Positions 42,080 to 53,149 are shown, numbered from the stretch's first letter. The stretch: 64,000 nucleotides of DNA from Candidatus Pelagibacter sp. (GCA_045567035.1 JBJLDS010000010.1:17767-81766), one strand, 5' to 3'. Notes: a model not told the origin generated them from the letters alone. Translations and numbers: made by a program.

Positions 42080-42657
42080 CTAATGAATATTTAATAATTT
42101 TAATTGGTTACTTAATTGGTTCAATACCTTTTGGATTTATTTTGACAAAAATCTTTTTGAGCAAAGATATTAGAGATATAGGATCTGGTAATATCGGAGC
42201 AACAAATGCCCTTAGAACAGGAAATAAACTAATAGGTTATAGCACTTTAATTTTGGATATATCTAAAGCTATAATTCCAGTCCTTTATGTTAAATTAAAT
42301 AATTATGATTTAATCTTTATATTGTCTTTAAGTATTTTTATTGGTCATGTATTTCCAATTTGGTTAAAATTTAAAGGAGGAAAAGGTGTAGCTACATATG
42401 TTGGAATACTTGTTATAATTAACCCAATAGCATCTTTGATATTTATGATTACGTGGTTTACAACGTATTTAATATTTAAATTCTCCTCCCTCTCTTCAAT
42501 AATTGGGAGCTTAATCGTACCAATATACATATATATTTTCGACGGTATTAATAATGTTTATTTTTTTTTAATTATGTTTGTGCTTATTTTTTACACACAT
42601 AGGGAAAATATAAAACGTCTAATAAATAAAGAAGAAAATAAAACAAAAATTTATTAA
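42076..42657 (+). CDS. plsY: Glycerol-3-phosphate acyltransferase PlsY
   Basis: GSGNIGATN, GHVFP..FKGGKGVAT, HRENI.RL. Confidence 0.97.
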   Translation: MTNEYLIILIGYLIGSIPFGFILTKIFLSKDIRDIGSGNIGATNALRTGNKLIGYSTLILDISKAIIPVLYVKLNNYDLIFILSLSIFIGHVFPIWLKFKGGKGVATYVGILVIINPIASLIFMITWFTTYLIFKFSSLSSIIGSLIVPIYIYIFDGINNVYFFLIMFVLIFYTHRENIKRLINKEENKTKIY

Positions 42658-42695
42658 TTTGACTAAATTTCTGTTTTATGTGATTTAATGATCAA

Positions 42696-45302
42696 ATGAA
42701 TTTAGTAATAGTAGAAAGTCCAGCCAAAGCTAAAACAATCAATAAATACTTGGGTGATAACTACACTGTTTTAGCTAGTTACGGTCATATAAGGGATTTA
42801 CCATCTAAAAATGGTTCTGTTGACCCAGATCAAAATTTTAAGATGGAATGGGAAATAGACACTTTTTCAAAAAAATATTTAAAGGAAATATCTGATGCTG
42901 CAAAAAATTCATCAAAAATCATACTTGCTACTGATCCAGATCGCGAAGGTGAAGCTATAGCTTGGCATGTAAAAGAATATTTAAATGAAAAAAAATTACT
43001 TAAAGATAAAGAAATTGAGAGAGTTGTATTTAATGAAATTACAAAAAAGGCTGTTACTCATGGAATAGAAAACCCAAGACAAATAGAACAAATGTTGGTT
43101 GATGCTTATATGGCAAGGAGAGCCCTTGATTATCTTGTTGGATTCAATATTTCACCTATATTATGGACTAAATTACCTGGATCTAAATCTGCTGGTAGGG
43201 TTCAGTCAGTTGCACTAAAGTTAATAACAGAGAGAGAACATGAAATTGAGTCTTTTAATCCAGAAGAATTTTGGTCATTAAATATAAAATTTAGAGATGG
43301 TAATAATAAATATGTTACTGCTAGTATTAATTTGCTAGATAACAAAAAAATAGAAAAATTTTCCTTTAAAAATAAAGAAGAAATTAATAAAGCTATATCA
43401 ATTTTAAATAAAAAAAAATTTAGTGTCACAGATATTTCGGGAAAAGTAGTTAATCGTAATCCATCTGGTCCATTCACAACATCTACACTACAACAGACAG
43501 CTTCTAGTAGATTAGGTTTTGGGGCATCAAGAACTATGCAGATTGCACAGAAGCTTTATCAAGGTGTTGAAATTGAAGGTGAAACTATAGGATTAATTAC
43601 TTACATGAGAACAGATGGAACAAATATATCAAATGATGCATTAATTACTTTTAGAGATTATATTCAAAATGAAATTGGTAATAAATACCTGCCTGAAAAG
43701 TCTTTAAGTTACTCTGGCAAAAAAGCAAAAAATGCTCAAGAGGCTCATGAAGCAATAAGACCAACTGATATTATTAGAACACCTGAAAGTATAAAAAAAT
43801 ACTTAAGTACCGATCAAAATAAATTATACAATTTAATTTGGTCTAGAGCATTATCATCTCAGATGGCTTCAGCTAAATTTGATAGAAATACAATTACAAT
43901 CACATCAGACGATAATGGTACTATTTGTAAAGCTAGTGGTTCTGTTTTAAAATTTGATGGATTTTTAAAAATTTACAATAATGTCAGCAAAGATGATAAT
44001 GAAGATATTTTACCAGATGTATCTAAAGGACAAATTAATATTGAAGCTTTAATCGATGAGCAACATTACACTCAACCGCCACCAAGATATTCTGAGGCTA
44101 GTTTAGTAAAGAAACTAGAAGAGTTAGGTATTGGTAGACCTTCTACTTATGCAAGTATTATATCTACAATTGCTAACAGGGGTTATGCAGAAATTTTAAA
44201 TAAAAGATTTTTTCCAACTGATAGAGGTAAGTTAATCTCTGCCTTTTTAGAAAAATTATTCTCAAAATATGTAGATTACAATTTCACAGCAAACTTAGAA
44301 GATCAATTAGATGAAATTACATCAGGTAAGGAAAGTTGGATCAAAGTTTTGGAGCTTTTTTGGAAAGACTTTAATAACAAAGTAATTGAAGTAAAAGAAA
44401 TAAGGACTAGAGAAGTCTTGGATATGCTTAATGACAGTTTAGGAGATTTGGTATTTAGCAAAAATAAAGAGGGAAAAGTCGACAGAAGTTGTAAATTATA
44501 TAATGAAAGTTGTAAAATTCCCAACGGAGGTACTTTAAGTTTAAAAAATAGCTTCAGAGGTGGTGCTTTTATAGGATGTTCAAATTATCCGGAATGTAAG
44601 TTTACAAGACCATTATCTAAGTCAAAAGCTGCTGCTCAATCACAATTAGCTGAACCAAAATTCATTGGTAAACATATTAATGGAAATGATATTTTTCTAA
44701 AAAATGGAAGATTTGGTCCATACCTTCAATATGAAAAATTATTAGAGGAAATTAAAACAGAACAAACTACTAAGAAAAAAAAGAAAACTAAAAAAACGAA
44801 ATCAGATGTTAACGAACTTTTAAAAAATGTTTCAATACCGAAAGGATTAGAATTAAAAAATATCGATTTAGAAAGAGCACAATTTTTATGTTCTCTGCCA
44901 AAATCCTTGGGAATAAATCCTGATAATGAAAAAGATATAACTTTGAATGTTGGAAGATTTGGCCCTTACTTAAAATGTGAAAATAAATCAGCTAGAATAG
45001 AAAATGTTGAAGAAATATTTTCTATTGGTCTAAATAGAGCAATAACAATGATAGCTGAGGCTAAACCCGGTAGAATATCTTCTTCTATTATTAAAGATCT
45101 AGGGGAACATCCAGAAGATAAAAAACCAGTTAGAATAATGAAAGGCCAGTATGGACCTTATATTAAATACAAATCTCTAAATGCTACTATACCCGAAGAA
45201 AAAGATCCGGTTGAACTTACAATGGAAGAAGCTCTAATATTAATTGAGAAAAGAAAAGAATACGATAAAACTAAGAAATCTAAAAAAAGGAAAAAAAAAT
45301 GA
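42696..45302 (+). CDS. topA: DNA topoisomerase I
   Basis: IVESPAKAKTI, DPDREGE, SAGRVQS, ITYMRTD; three C-terminal G(R/Q)(F/Y)GPY repeats. Confidence 0.98.
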   Translation: MNLVIVESPAKAKTINKYLGDNYTVLASYGHIRDLPSKNGSVDPDQNFKMEWEIDTFSKKYLKEISDAAKNSSKIILATDPDREGEAIAWHVKEYLNEKKLLKDKEIERVVFNEITKKAVTHGIENPRQIEQMLVDAYMARRALDYLVGFNISPILWTKLPGSKSAGRVQSVALKLITEREHEIESFNPEEFWSLNIKFRDGNNKYVTASINLLDNKKIEKFSFKNKEEINKAISILNKKKFSVTDISGKVVNRNPSGPFTTSTLQQTASSRLGFGASRTMQIAQKLYQGVEIEGETIGLITYMRTDGTNISNDALITFRDYIQNEIGNKYLPEKSLSYSGKKAKNAQEAHEAIRPTDIIRTPESIKKYLSTDQNKLYNLIWSRALSSQMASAKFDRNTITITSDDNGTICKASGSVLKFDGFLKIYNNVSKDDNEDILPDVSKGQINIEALIDEQHYTQPPPRYSEASLVKKLEELGIGRPSTYASIISTIANRGYAEILNKRFFPTDRGKLISAFLEKLFSKYVDYNFTANLEDQLDEITSGKESWIKVLELFWKDFNNKVIEVKEIRTREVLDMLNDSLGDLVFSKNKEGKVDRSCKLYNESCKIPNGGTLSLKNSFRGGAFIGCSNYPECKFTRPLSKSKAAAQSQLAEPKFIGKHINGNDIFLKNGRFGPYLQYEKLLEEIKTEQTTKKKKKTKKTKSDVNELLKNVSIPKGLELKNIDLERAQFLCSLPKSLGINPDNEKDITLNVGRFGPYLKCENKSARIENVEEIFSIGLNRAITMIAEAKPGRISSSIIKDLGEHPEDKKPVRIMKGQYGPYIKYKSLNATIPEEKDPVELTMEEALILIEKRKEYDKTKKSKKRKKK

Positions 45303-45760
45303 GTTATGATGAAAAAATTAAAGAATTAAATATTGTTTTGCCAAAAGCAGCTGATCCAGTTGGATCATATCTTGCTACAAAAATTTCAGGAAAAATGCTT
45401 TTTGTATCTGGCCAAATCTCAATTGATGAAGATGGTAAACTTATAAAAGGTAAAGTAGGCAAAGAATTGAATACTGAACAAGGATATGAAGCTGCTAAAA
45501 GATGTGCATTGAGTATTGTTTCGCAAGTTAAAAAAGCTTGCAATGATGATTTAACCAAAATTAAATCTTGTGTTAAATTAACTGGATTTGTTAATTCAAC
45601 AGAAAATTTTACAGATCAACCGAAAGTTATTAATGGCGCATCTGATTTAATTGCATCAATTTTTGGAGAAAATGGCATGCACACAAGAGCTGCAGTGAGT
45701 GTAAATAGTTTACCCCTTGGTGTATCTGTTGAAGTTGATGCAATTTTTGAGTTAAATTAA
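45299..45760 (+). CDS. RidA/YjgF family protein
   Basis: FVSGQ, KLTGFVNS, NGASDL, HTRAAV..SLPLG..VEVD. Confidence 0.92.
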   Translation: MSYDEKIKELNIVLPKAADPVGSYLATKISGKMLFVSGQISIDEDGKLIKGKVGKELNTEQGYEAAKRCALSIVSQVKKACNDDLTKIKSCVKLTGFVNSTENFTDQPKVINGASDLIASIFGENGMHTRAAVSVNSLPLGVSVEVDAIFELN

Positions 45761-45761
45761 T

Positions 45762-47060
45762 TTATCTACCAATACCAAAGTATTTTATATTAAGCCTTTT
45801 CATTTTAGTTGGCGAGTAAATATTTCTCATATCATAAATTATAAAACTATTTTTTTTAACAATTTTTTTAAAATTAATTAATTTAAAATCATTCCACTCA
45901 GTATGAATAATAATAAGATCACTATTTGAACAAGCCGAATTAATAGTACTATGATATTTTACATTCTGTAATCTTTTAAATTCATTTTTTTCACCACTTG
46001 GATCATAGTATTTAATCGTACATTTTTTTTTATTTAAATATTTAATCATCGGTATACTCGATGCTTCTCTCATATCATCAGTATTTGGCTTAAAAGTTAC
46101 TCCCAGAAAAGTTATTACTTTATTTTTAATTTTTCCTTTAAGTATTTTGTCAATTTTTTTTATTAGTAATTTTTTCCTATTTTCATTTGATTTAATAACA
46201 GTATCAACAATTGATAGATTAGATTTAAATTTTTTAGCCGTATCACTCAATGCTCTTGTATCTTTCGGGAAACATGAACCTCCATATGCCGGTCCTGCTC
46301 TTAGAAATCTTTCACCAATTCTTTGATCTGAACCAATGCCAACAGATACATCTTTAATATCTACACCTGTTTTTTCACATAAATTTGCTAGTTCATTAAT
46401 GTATGAAATTTTTGTAGCTAGAAATGCATTAGAAGCATATTTTATAAGTTCTGCACCCCTTCTTGAAGTATTAAAATATTTATTTTTTTTTTTAATAATT
46501 GGTAAATATAGAGATTGTAAAATTTTGTTAGCTTTTTTGCTGTTTGTGCCAACTACAACTCTATCTGGATATATAAAATCTCTTATGGCTTCACCCTCTC
46601 GTAAGAACTCTGGATTTGAGACTACATCGACAAGTTTATTTTTTTTTAATCGAGCTAAAATATTTTCTATCTTATCACCAGTAGTCACAGGCACAGTTGA
46701 TTTTGTTACAATAATTTTGTATGTTTTGATAATTTTCTTTAATTCTTTAACAACATTAAATACAAATTTAAGATCAGCGGAATTTGAATTTTTTTTTGTT
46801 GGAGTGCCAACACATATAAATATAATCTCAGATTTTAATACAGCTTTTTTTAAATCATTTGTAAAAATTAATCTTTTTTGCTTATAATTTTTTTTTAAAA
46901 TCTCTTCTAATCCAGGTTCGTAGATTGGTATGTTGCCATTATTAAGAGATTCTATTTTATTTATATCTTTATCGACACAATAAACAGTATTTCCTAAGTC
47001 TGAGAAACATACTCCACTAACAAGACCAACATATCCAGTTCCAATCATGCATAATTTCAT
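45762..47060 (-). CDS. ugd: UDP-glucose 6-dehydrogenase
   Basis: GTGYVGL, NPEFLREG, GGSCFPKD, FKPNTDDMR. Confidence 0.96.
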   Translation of the reverse strand: MKLCMIGTGYVGLVSGVCFSDLGNTVYCVDKDINKIESLNNGNIPIYEPGLEEILKKNYKQKRLIFTNDLKKAVLKSEIIFICVGTPTKKNSNSADLKFVFNVVKELKKIIKTYKIIVTKSTVPVTTGDKIENILARLKKNKLVDVVSNPEFLREGEAIRDFIYPDRVVVGTNSKKANKILQSLYLPIIKKKNKYFNTSRRGAELIKYASNAFLATKISYINELANLCEKTGVDIKDVSVGIGSDQRIGERFLRAGPAYGGSCFPKDTRALSDTAKKFKSNLSIVDTVIKSNENRKKLLIKKIDKILKGKIKNKVITFLGVTFKPNTDDMREASSIPMIKYLNKKKCTIKYYDPSGEKNEFKRLQNVKYHSTINSACSNSDLIIIHTEWNDFKLINFKKIVKKNSFIIYDMRNIYSPTKMKRLNIKYFGIGR

Positions 47061-47872
47061 AGTTTAGAAATCTCCATTGAAGATTTAATATAACCATCCA
47101 TAGAACCGCAATCCAGATATTTTCCAGAAAAATTATGTGCTATAAATTTATTACCATTATAAATTAATGACTGAATAGCATCTGTTATGTGGATTTCACC
47201 ACCTTTGCCAGGTTTTTGATTTTGTAATTTACTAAAAATTTTTTTAGGAAGTATGTATCTACCTATTACAGCTTTATTTGAAGGTGCTTCAGAAATTGAT
47301 GGTTTTTCAATTACATCATCAATTATATAATTTGAATTAGTTAATTTTTTATTTAACTTATATATACCCCACCTTGATACTGATTTCTTATCAACCTTCA
47401 TGCTTGCCATTACAGATGATTTATATTTTTTGTGAATTTTTATCATAGATTTAGAGCAATTATTTTTAATTATTAAATCATCTGGGAGAAGCATTAAAAA
47501 AAAATTATCTTTTATATATTTTTTTGTTTTTAAAACGGCATCTCCTGTGCCAAGAGGTTTGTTTTGATAAACAAATTTTATCATTTTTTTATATTTCAAT
47601 ATTTTTTTATACTCTTTAATAATTCTTGGATCTTTCTTTTTTTTAATAATTTTTTTGTAAAATTTATCACTATAAAAATAATCCTTGATCATTTTTTTTT
47701 TATTTGAAATTATAAAAATAACCTGTTTGATACCTGCATCTATGCATTCATCAAGAATATATTCAATACCAGGCTTGCCATGCATAGGCAAAAGCTCTTT
47801 AGCAAAAACACTTGTTAGTGGCAACAAACGTGTTCCAAGTCCAGCCAAAGGTATTATTGCTTGTCTAATCAT
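47057..47872 (-). CDS. galU: UTP-glucose-1-phosphate uridylyltransferase
   Basis: AGLGTRLLP.T...KELLP, LLPDD, IEKP, GEIHITDAI. Confidence 0.9.
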   Translation of the reverse strand: MIRQAIIPLAGLGTRLLPLTSVFAKELLPMHGKPGIEYILDECIDAGIKQVIFIISNKKKMIKDYFYSDKFYKKIIKKKKDPRIIKEYKKILKYKKMIKFVYQNKPLGTGDAVLKTKKYIKDNFFLMLLPDDLIIKNNCSKSMIKIHKKYKSSVMASMKVDKKSVSRWGIYKLNKKLTNSNYIIDDVIEKPSISEAPSNKAVIGRYILPKKIFSKLQNQKPGKGGEIHITDAIQSLIYNGNKFIAHNFSGKYLDCGSMDGYIKSSMEISKL

Positions 47873-47903
47873 ATAAATGTATTAATAAAATGGAGTATCA
47901 TAA

Positions 47904-48713
47904 ATGATAATTTTTAAAAGCATAAAAGTGTTAAATAATAATGTCAATTTCAATAATAATATTGGATTTGTTCCAACTATGGGGGCCCTTCACGAAGGGC
48001 ATATTTCGTTGATAAAGGCATCAAAAAGAAAATGCCAAAAGACTATAGTTAGTATATTTATCAATAAGCCACAATTTAACAAAAAAAAAGATTTTAAAAA
48101 TTATCCAAGAAATATTAACAAAGATTTAAAAATATTAAGAAAACTGAAAGTAGATTATCTATTGATGCCAAATGAAAAAGATATTTATAGCTCCAATAAA
48201 CAGAAAAAAATTAAAATAAACAAAAAGGATCTTATAATGTGTGCTAAATTTAGATCTGGTCACTTTGAGGGAGTTTTAGCTGTTATTAACCAGTTTTTAA
48301 TTAAAATTAAGCCAAGTGTAATGTTTTTAGGTAAGAAAGATTTTCAACAAATTTATCTTATCAAAAAGTTTATTTCAGGTAAATTTAAAACCAAAATAGT
48401 TCAATGTAAGACCATAAGAAATAAAAATGGTTTACCTTATTCATCACGGAATGTTTTGTTAAACAAAAAAAACTTTCAAACTGCTGTAAATGTTAGTCAA
48501 ATAATTAAAAAATTTTATAGTACACTTAAATTAAACTTTAAAAAAACTAAAGATATTTACCTGATTAAAAATAAAATAATTAATAAAAATGTTAAACTTG
48601 AATATCTTGAAATAAGAAATAAATTAAATTTATCCAAAAAAATTAATAAGAAAAATTTTAAAATATTTATTGCTTACTATATTAATGGTATAAGGCTAAT
48701 TGACAATTATTAA
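47904..48713 (+). CDS. panC: Pantoate-beta-alanine ligase
   Basis: VPTMGALHEGH, GHFEGV, GKKDFQQ, SSRN, RLIDN. Confidence 0.95.
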   Translation: MIIFKSIKVLNNNVNFNNNIGFVPTMGALHEGHISLIKASKRKCQKTIVSIFINKPQFNKKKDFKNYPRNINKDLKILRKLKVDYLLMPNEKDIYSSNKQKKIKINKKDLIMCAKFRSGHFEGVLAVINQFLIKIKPSVMFLGKKDFQQIYLIKKFISGKFKTKIVQCKTIRNKNGLPYSSRNVLLNKKNFQTAVNVSQIIKKFYSTLKLNFKKTKDIYLIKNKIINKNVKLEYLEIRNKLNLSKKINKKNFKIFIAYYINGIRLIDNY

Positions 48714-50093
48714 TTAACCATAGAAAAAATATGCTCCAATACCTAAGAAGGACAAAAAACCTATAACATCTGTAATTGTTGTAACAAAAACACTTGATGC
48801 AATAGCGGGATCCACATTAAATCTTTTTAAGGATACAGGCACTAAAATACCAAATAGACCTGCAACAATCATATTTAAAACCATCGAAATAGATATTATT
48901 AAAGATAAATAAATATCTTTAAACCATAATTGAACTATTAACGCACTAATAATAGCAAATATTATTCCATTTAGTACACCAATAGCAAATTCTTTTGTAA
49001 CAGTTTTTACAAAATTATTTTCTGATAAATCATTTGTGGCGATGGCTCTTACAGTTACTGCTAAAGTTTGCATCCCTGCATTTCCACCCATAGAAGCGAC
49101 TATTGGCATTAAAAAAGCTAAAGCTACCATCTGTTCAATAGTAGCTCCAAATATACTTATCACCCATGTTGCTAAAAATGCTGTCAATAAATTTAATAAC
49201 AGCCAATTAAATCTTCTTTTAGTTTTTGTGAAAACACCATCTGTAATTTCTTCATCACCAACACCAGCAAGTCTCAGGGTATCTTCTTCTGCTTCTTCTT
49301 TTAGTACTGTGAGCATATCATCACTAGTTATCATTCCAACTAATTTGTTAGATTTATCAACTACACAAGCAGAATTAAGATTATAGTTTTCAAAGATATG
49401 ACCTACCTCCTCTTGGTCCATATCAACAGGTATGGATAATTGGGTTTCGAGCATTATAGATTGCATTTTAGATTCTCGTGAAGTTCTTAAAACTTTTGAT
49501 GCTGGTACCGTACCAATTGGTTTAAATTCACTATCAACTATAAAAATTTCTAAAAATTCATCTGGTAAATCCTTATTTTCTCTAAGGTAATCAATAGTTT
49601 GCCCTACAGACCAATTATTTGGTATTGCAGTAAATTCTCTCTGCATCAACCGTGCAGCTGAGTCCTCAGGATAGCTTAAGCTTTCTTTTAAAGCAAATCT
49701 ATCCTTAGGTGGTAATGAATTTAGAAGTGTCTCTTTATTTTGTTCATCTAAATTTTCAAGTATTTTAATCGCATCATCGGACTCTAAATTTTTAATTATA
49801 TCGGTTATTGAATTAATTGGTAAATATTTAACTATTTCTGATTGGATTGACTCATTTAGCTCAATGAATACTTCAGGATCTATTTTAAAACTACTTAATT
49901 TAATTAAATTTTCTCTATCATTTTCTGTAAGATGTTCGATTATATCAGCAGCATCTGCAGGGTGCATCTCTTTAAAAGAATTGTTTATAAAAATGGCATC
50001 ATTGTTAATTATTTTTTCCTTAACAACCTTTATGTATTCTTTATTAAATTCAAAGTTTACGTTTTTATCTTTAATTTTTTTTACTAAAGTCAT
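48714..50093 (-). CDS. mgtE: Magnesium transporter MgtE
   Basis: HPADAAD, CBS pair, MGGNAGMQT, DPAIAS..VTTITDV. Confidence 0.96.
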   Translation of the reverse strand: MTLVKKIKDKNVNFEFNKEYIKVVKEKIINNDAIFINNSFKEMHPADAADIIEHLTENDRENLIKLSSFKIDPEVFIELNESIQSEIVKYLPINSITDIIKNLESDDAIKILENLDEQNKETLLNSLPPKDRFALKESLSYPEDSAARLMQREFTAIPNNWSVGQTIDYLRENKDLPDEFLEIFIVDSEFKPIGTVPASKVLRTSRESKMQSIMLETQLSIPVDMDQEEVGHIFENYNLNSACVVDKSNKLVGMITSDDMLTVLKEEAEEDTLRLAGVGDEEITDGVFTKTKRRFNWLLLNLLTAFLATWVISIFGATIEQMVALAFLMPIVASMGGNAGMQTLAVTVRAIATNDLSENNFVKTVTKEFAIGVLNGIIFAIISALIVQLWFKDIYLSLIISISMVLNMIVAGLFGILVPVSLKRFNVDPAIASSVFVTTITDVIGFLSFLGIGAYFFYG

Positions 50094-50155
50094 AAAATTT
50101 CATATAAATTACTAATGAACTATTAATACATAATATAGATTTTACAAATCATTAT

Positions 50156-50776
50156 ATGAATATTGAGATAAAAAAGTCATTAAAACCAGTAAATTATAAT
50201 AAAGCTATAAAATTTCTTGAAAAAAGACTGCTTGGAATCCATCAAAATAAATCAAATGAGCTACTGTGGATTCTAAACCATCCATCAATTTATACTGGTG
50301 GGACTAACTATAAAAAAAATGAAATATTAGATAACAGTATTAAAGTTATTGATAGCTCGCGTGGAGGAAAATTAACTTGGCACGGATCAGGTCAATTAGT
50401 ATGTTATTTTGTTTTAGATTTAAAAAAAAGAAATAAAGATATCAGGCTTCTCATTAAAAAAATTGAACAAACTATAATTGAAACTATTAATTCTTATAAA
50501 ATTGAATCTCATAGTGATAGACAAAATATTGGCATTTGGGTTTATCAAAATAATAAAAAGAAAAAAGTTGCTGCTATTGGAATTAAGTTAAAAAAATGGA
50601 TTGCTTATCATGGTTTTTCTATAAATATAGATAATGATCTAGAACCATATAGCAAGATATTGCCATGTGGAGTTACTGAAGATAAAGTTACAACACTAAA
50701 GAATTGTAAAAACCAAAATTATAAAGATTTTAAAAATCGACTTATTGAAAATTTTATTAAAAATTTTCAAAATTAA
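50156..50776 (+). CDS. lipB: Octanoyltransferase LipB
   Basis: HPSIYT.G, RGGKLTWHG.GQ, KVAAIG, HGFSIN, PCG. Confidence 0.95.
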   Translation: MNIEIKKSLKPVNYNKAIKFLEKRLLGIHQNKSNELLWILNHPSIYTGGTNYKKNEILDNSIKVIDSSRGGKLTWHGSGQLVCYFVLDLKKRNKDIRLLIKKIEQTIIETINSYKIESHSDRQNIGIWVYQNNKKKKVAAIGIKLKKWIAYHGFSINIDNDLEPYSKILPCGVTEDKVTTLKNCKNQNYKDFKNRLIENFIKNFQN

Positions 50777-51671
50777 GCCTTTTAGTTTTTATCATTTTTT
50801 CAAAATAGTCAGGCAGTGGTGCAGTATATGTATACTTAACACCGTTAATCATAAATTTAATATTATAAGCATGCAACATTAAGTCTTTGTTTATTGATTT
50901 TTTATTTGAAAAAAATTTATACTTATCATCACCTATAATTGGATGATTAATATTATATAATTGTTTTCTTAGTTGATGTTTTCTTCCTGTAACAGGTTTC
51001 ATTCTCAATAATGTGGTAGAACTATTTTTATCAATTACATTATATAAAGTCTCAGCATTTTCTTGGATTTTTTTATTGTTTTCGTATCTGATAAGAGGAT
51101 CGTTCCATAAACCTTTATTTTTTTGCACCTCCCCATGGCACAATGCAATGTATGTTTTATAAATTTTTCTCAATCTAAATAATGATGTTAATAACTGTGC
51201 AGATTTCCTATGTTTAGCAATAATAAGTATTCCAGATGTGTCTTTATCAAGTCTATGCACTGTTAATGGTTTTGAGTCTTTGAAAATTTCACTTTTGGTA
51301 AAAATATCTATTAAATTTTTTCTTGATTTTGTTCCTCCTTGAACAGAAACGCCTGATCTTTTATTTATTACTATAAAGTCTTCATTATCTTCGATTATTA
51401 AATTTTCATTTGATTTTAAAAAGCTTTTTGATGGTGTGTATTTAACCTTAGTTTTAGTTATATTCTCTTTAAAAGAAAAATCATAAAAATCTATTGCATC
51501 ATTTTTTTTAACTTTATATGAACTTTTATTTTTTTTATTATTAATCTTTATTTTGCCGTTTCGAAGATTTCTCTCAATAAGAGACTGGGGAAATTTTCCA
51601 ATTATAGCTTTAATCCATTTATCTAGACGCATATCTGAGTGCATTGCATCTACTAGATAACTTTTTTTCAT
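50757..51671 (-). CDS. RluA-family pseudouridine synthase (RluC-like)
   Basis: S4 domain RLDKW, catalytic VHRLDKDTSG, TGRKHQLR. Confidence 0.93.
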   Translation of the reverse strand: MKKSYLVDAMHSDMRLDKWIKAIIGKFPQSLIERNLRNGKIKINNKKNKSSYKVKKNDAIDFYDFSFKENITKTKVKYTPSKSFLKSNENLIIEDNEDFIVINKRSGVSVQGGTKSRKNLIDIFTKSEIFKDSKPLTVHRLDKDTSGILIIAKHRKSAQLLTSLFRLRKIYKTYIALCHGEVQKNKGLWNDPLIRYENNKKIQENAETLYNVIDKNSSTTLLRMKPVTGRKHQLRKQLYNINHPIIGDDKYKFFSNKKSINKDLMLHAYNIKFMINGVKYTYTAPLPDYFEKMIKTKRLNFENF

Positions 51672-51690
51672 TTATACTGGCTTGAAAATT

Positions 51691-52116
51691 TTATGATTTT
51701 ATAGGAGCTTTTTCTTCTACTTTTTTCTCTTTTTTCTTTCTATCAACTTTTTTAGCTTCTACATCTCTATCAACAAATTCAATTACTGCCATTGGTGCTT
51801 TATCACCATATCTAAAACCTGCTTTAATTATTCTAGTATATCCACCATTTCTAGCATTGTATCTTTTGGATAAAGTTTTAACTTTATTTGCAGATTTTAC
51901 GTCTTGTAATTTTGAGATTAGTAACCTTGTATTTTGTAAACTATCTTTTTTACCTAAGGTAATGATTTTATCAGCCTGTGGTTTAAGAAATTTTGCTTTG
52001 GGCAATGTAGTAGTGATTTGCTCATATTTAATTAGAGAGTTAAGCATATTCTTTAATAATGCTTTTCTATGTTCTGAAGTTCTATTTAATTTTTTATGAG
52101 CTACACCATGTCTCAT
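51691..52116 (-). CDS. rplQ: 50S ribosomal protein L17
   Basis: [21 protein letters not shown]. Confidence 0.98.
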   Translation of the reverse strand: MRHGVAHKKLNRTSEHRKALLKNMLNSLIKYEQITTTLPKAKFLKPQADKIITLGKKDSLQNTRLLISKLQDVKSANKVKTLSKRYNARNGGYTRIIKAGFRYGDKAPMAVIEFVDRDVEAKKVDRKKKEKKVEEKAPIKS

Positions 52117-52118
52117 TA

Positions 52119-53147
52119 TTATATTGCCTCTTCAAGTTTTTTTGACAATTCTGCAATATTATCAGGTGGCCAATTTGGTATCTCCATGCCTAAATATAGT
52201 GACATAGCTGTTAAAACTTCTTTTATTTCATTTAAAGATTTTCTTCCAAAATTTGGTGTTCTAAGCATTTCACCTTCAGATTTTTGGACAAGATCACCTA
52301 TATAGATTATGTTGTCATTTTTTAGACAATTCATTGACCTTACAGAAAGTTCTAATTCATCAACTTTTCTTAATAGATTTTTGTTAAATTCAGGTTCCTG
52401 TGGTTGATCCTTAACTATGACTTCTTGTGGTTCATCAAAATTAACAAACATACCTAGTTGATCTTGAAAAATTCTTGCTGCATAAGCTATAGCATCTTCT
52501 GCTGAAATCGACCCGTTAGTTTCAATTTCCATAGTTAATTTATCATAATCTAGTGCTTTACCCTCTCTGGCAGTGCTTACTGAATATGAAACTTTTTTTA
52601 CTGGACTAAATAATGAATCTATTGCTATTAAACCTAATGGTTGTTCTTCAGGCTTATTATTATCTGCTGAAACATATCCTTTACCTGAGCTAACATTCAT
52701 TTCCATATGAAATTTTGTATTTTCATCAAGATTACATATAACTAGATCTGGATTTAATATTTCAACATCTGCAACTGGAGTTATATCAGAAGCTTTAATT
52801 TCACCAGGTCCTTTAACATCTAGTATTAGTTTTTTATTTACTTCAGACGTACTCTTTAGTGCTAAAGATTTTACATTTAAAACAATGTCGGTTACATCTT
52901 CCCTGATACCTTTAATTGATGTAAATTCGTGAAGTACACCATCAATCTGTATTGAAGTTACAGCAGTTCCTCTAATAGAAGAAAGTAAAATTCTTCTTAA
53001 TGAATTACCTAATGTTAGTCCATAACCTTTTTCTAAAGGTTCAGCTATAATTTTTGCAAAAGATTTATCATCACTAAGTTTAATATCTATCTTTGAAGGC
53101 TTGATCAAAGTCTTCCAGTTCTTATTATTTACTTCAGCAGTCTCCAT
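52119..53147 (-). CDS. rpoA: RNA polymerase alpha subunit
   Basis: [38 protein letters not shown]. Confidence 0.98.
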   Translation of the reverse strand: METAEVNNKNWKTLIKPSKIDIKLSDDKSFAKIIAEPLEKGYGLTLGNSLRRILLSSIRGTAVTSIQIDGVLHEFTSIKGIREDVTDIVLNVKSLALKSTSEVNKKLILDVKGPGEIKASDITPVADVEILNPDLVICNLDENTKFHMEMNVSSGKGYVSADNNKPEEQPLGLIAIDSLFSPVKKVSYSVSTAREGKALDYDKLTMEIETNGSISAEDAIAYAARIFQDQLGMFVNFDEPQEVIVKDQPQEPEFNKNLLRKVDELELSVRSMNCLKNDNIIYIGDLVQKSEGEMLRTPNFGRKSLNEIKEVLTAMSLYLGMEIPNWPPDNIAELSKKLEEAI

Positions 53148-53149
53148 AT

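Noticed and set aside
44700-45302. Repeated GRFGPY-like units and Lys runs in topA
   Set aside because: These are known C-terminal repeats of alphaproteobacterial and actinobacterial-type TopA, not a novel repeat.
45762-47872. galU-ugd as the edge of a polysaccharide island
   Set aside because: They are flanked by housekeeping genes (ridA, panC), with no glycosyltransferases and no evident compositional shift.
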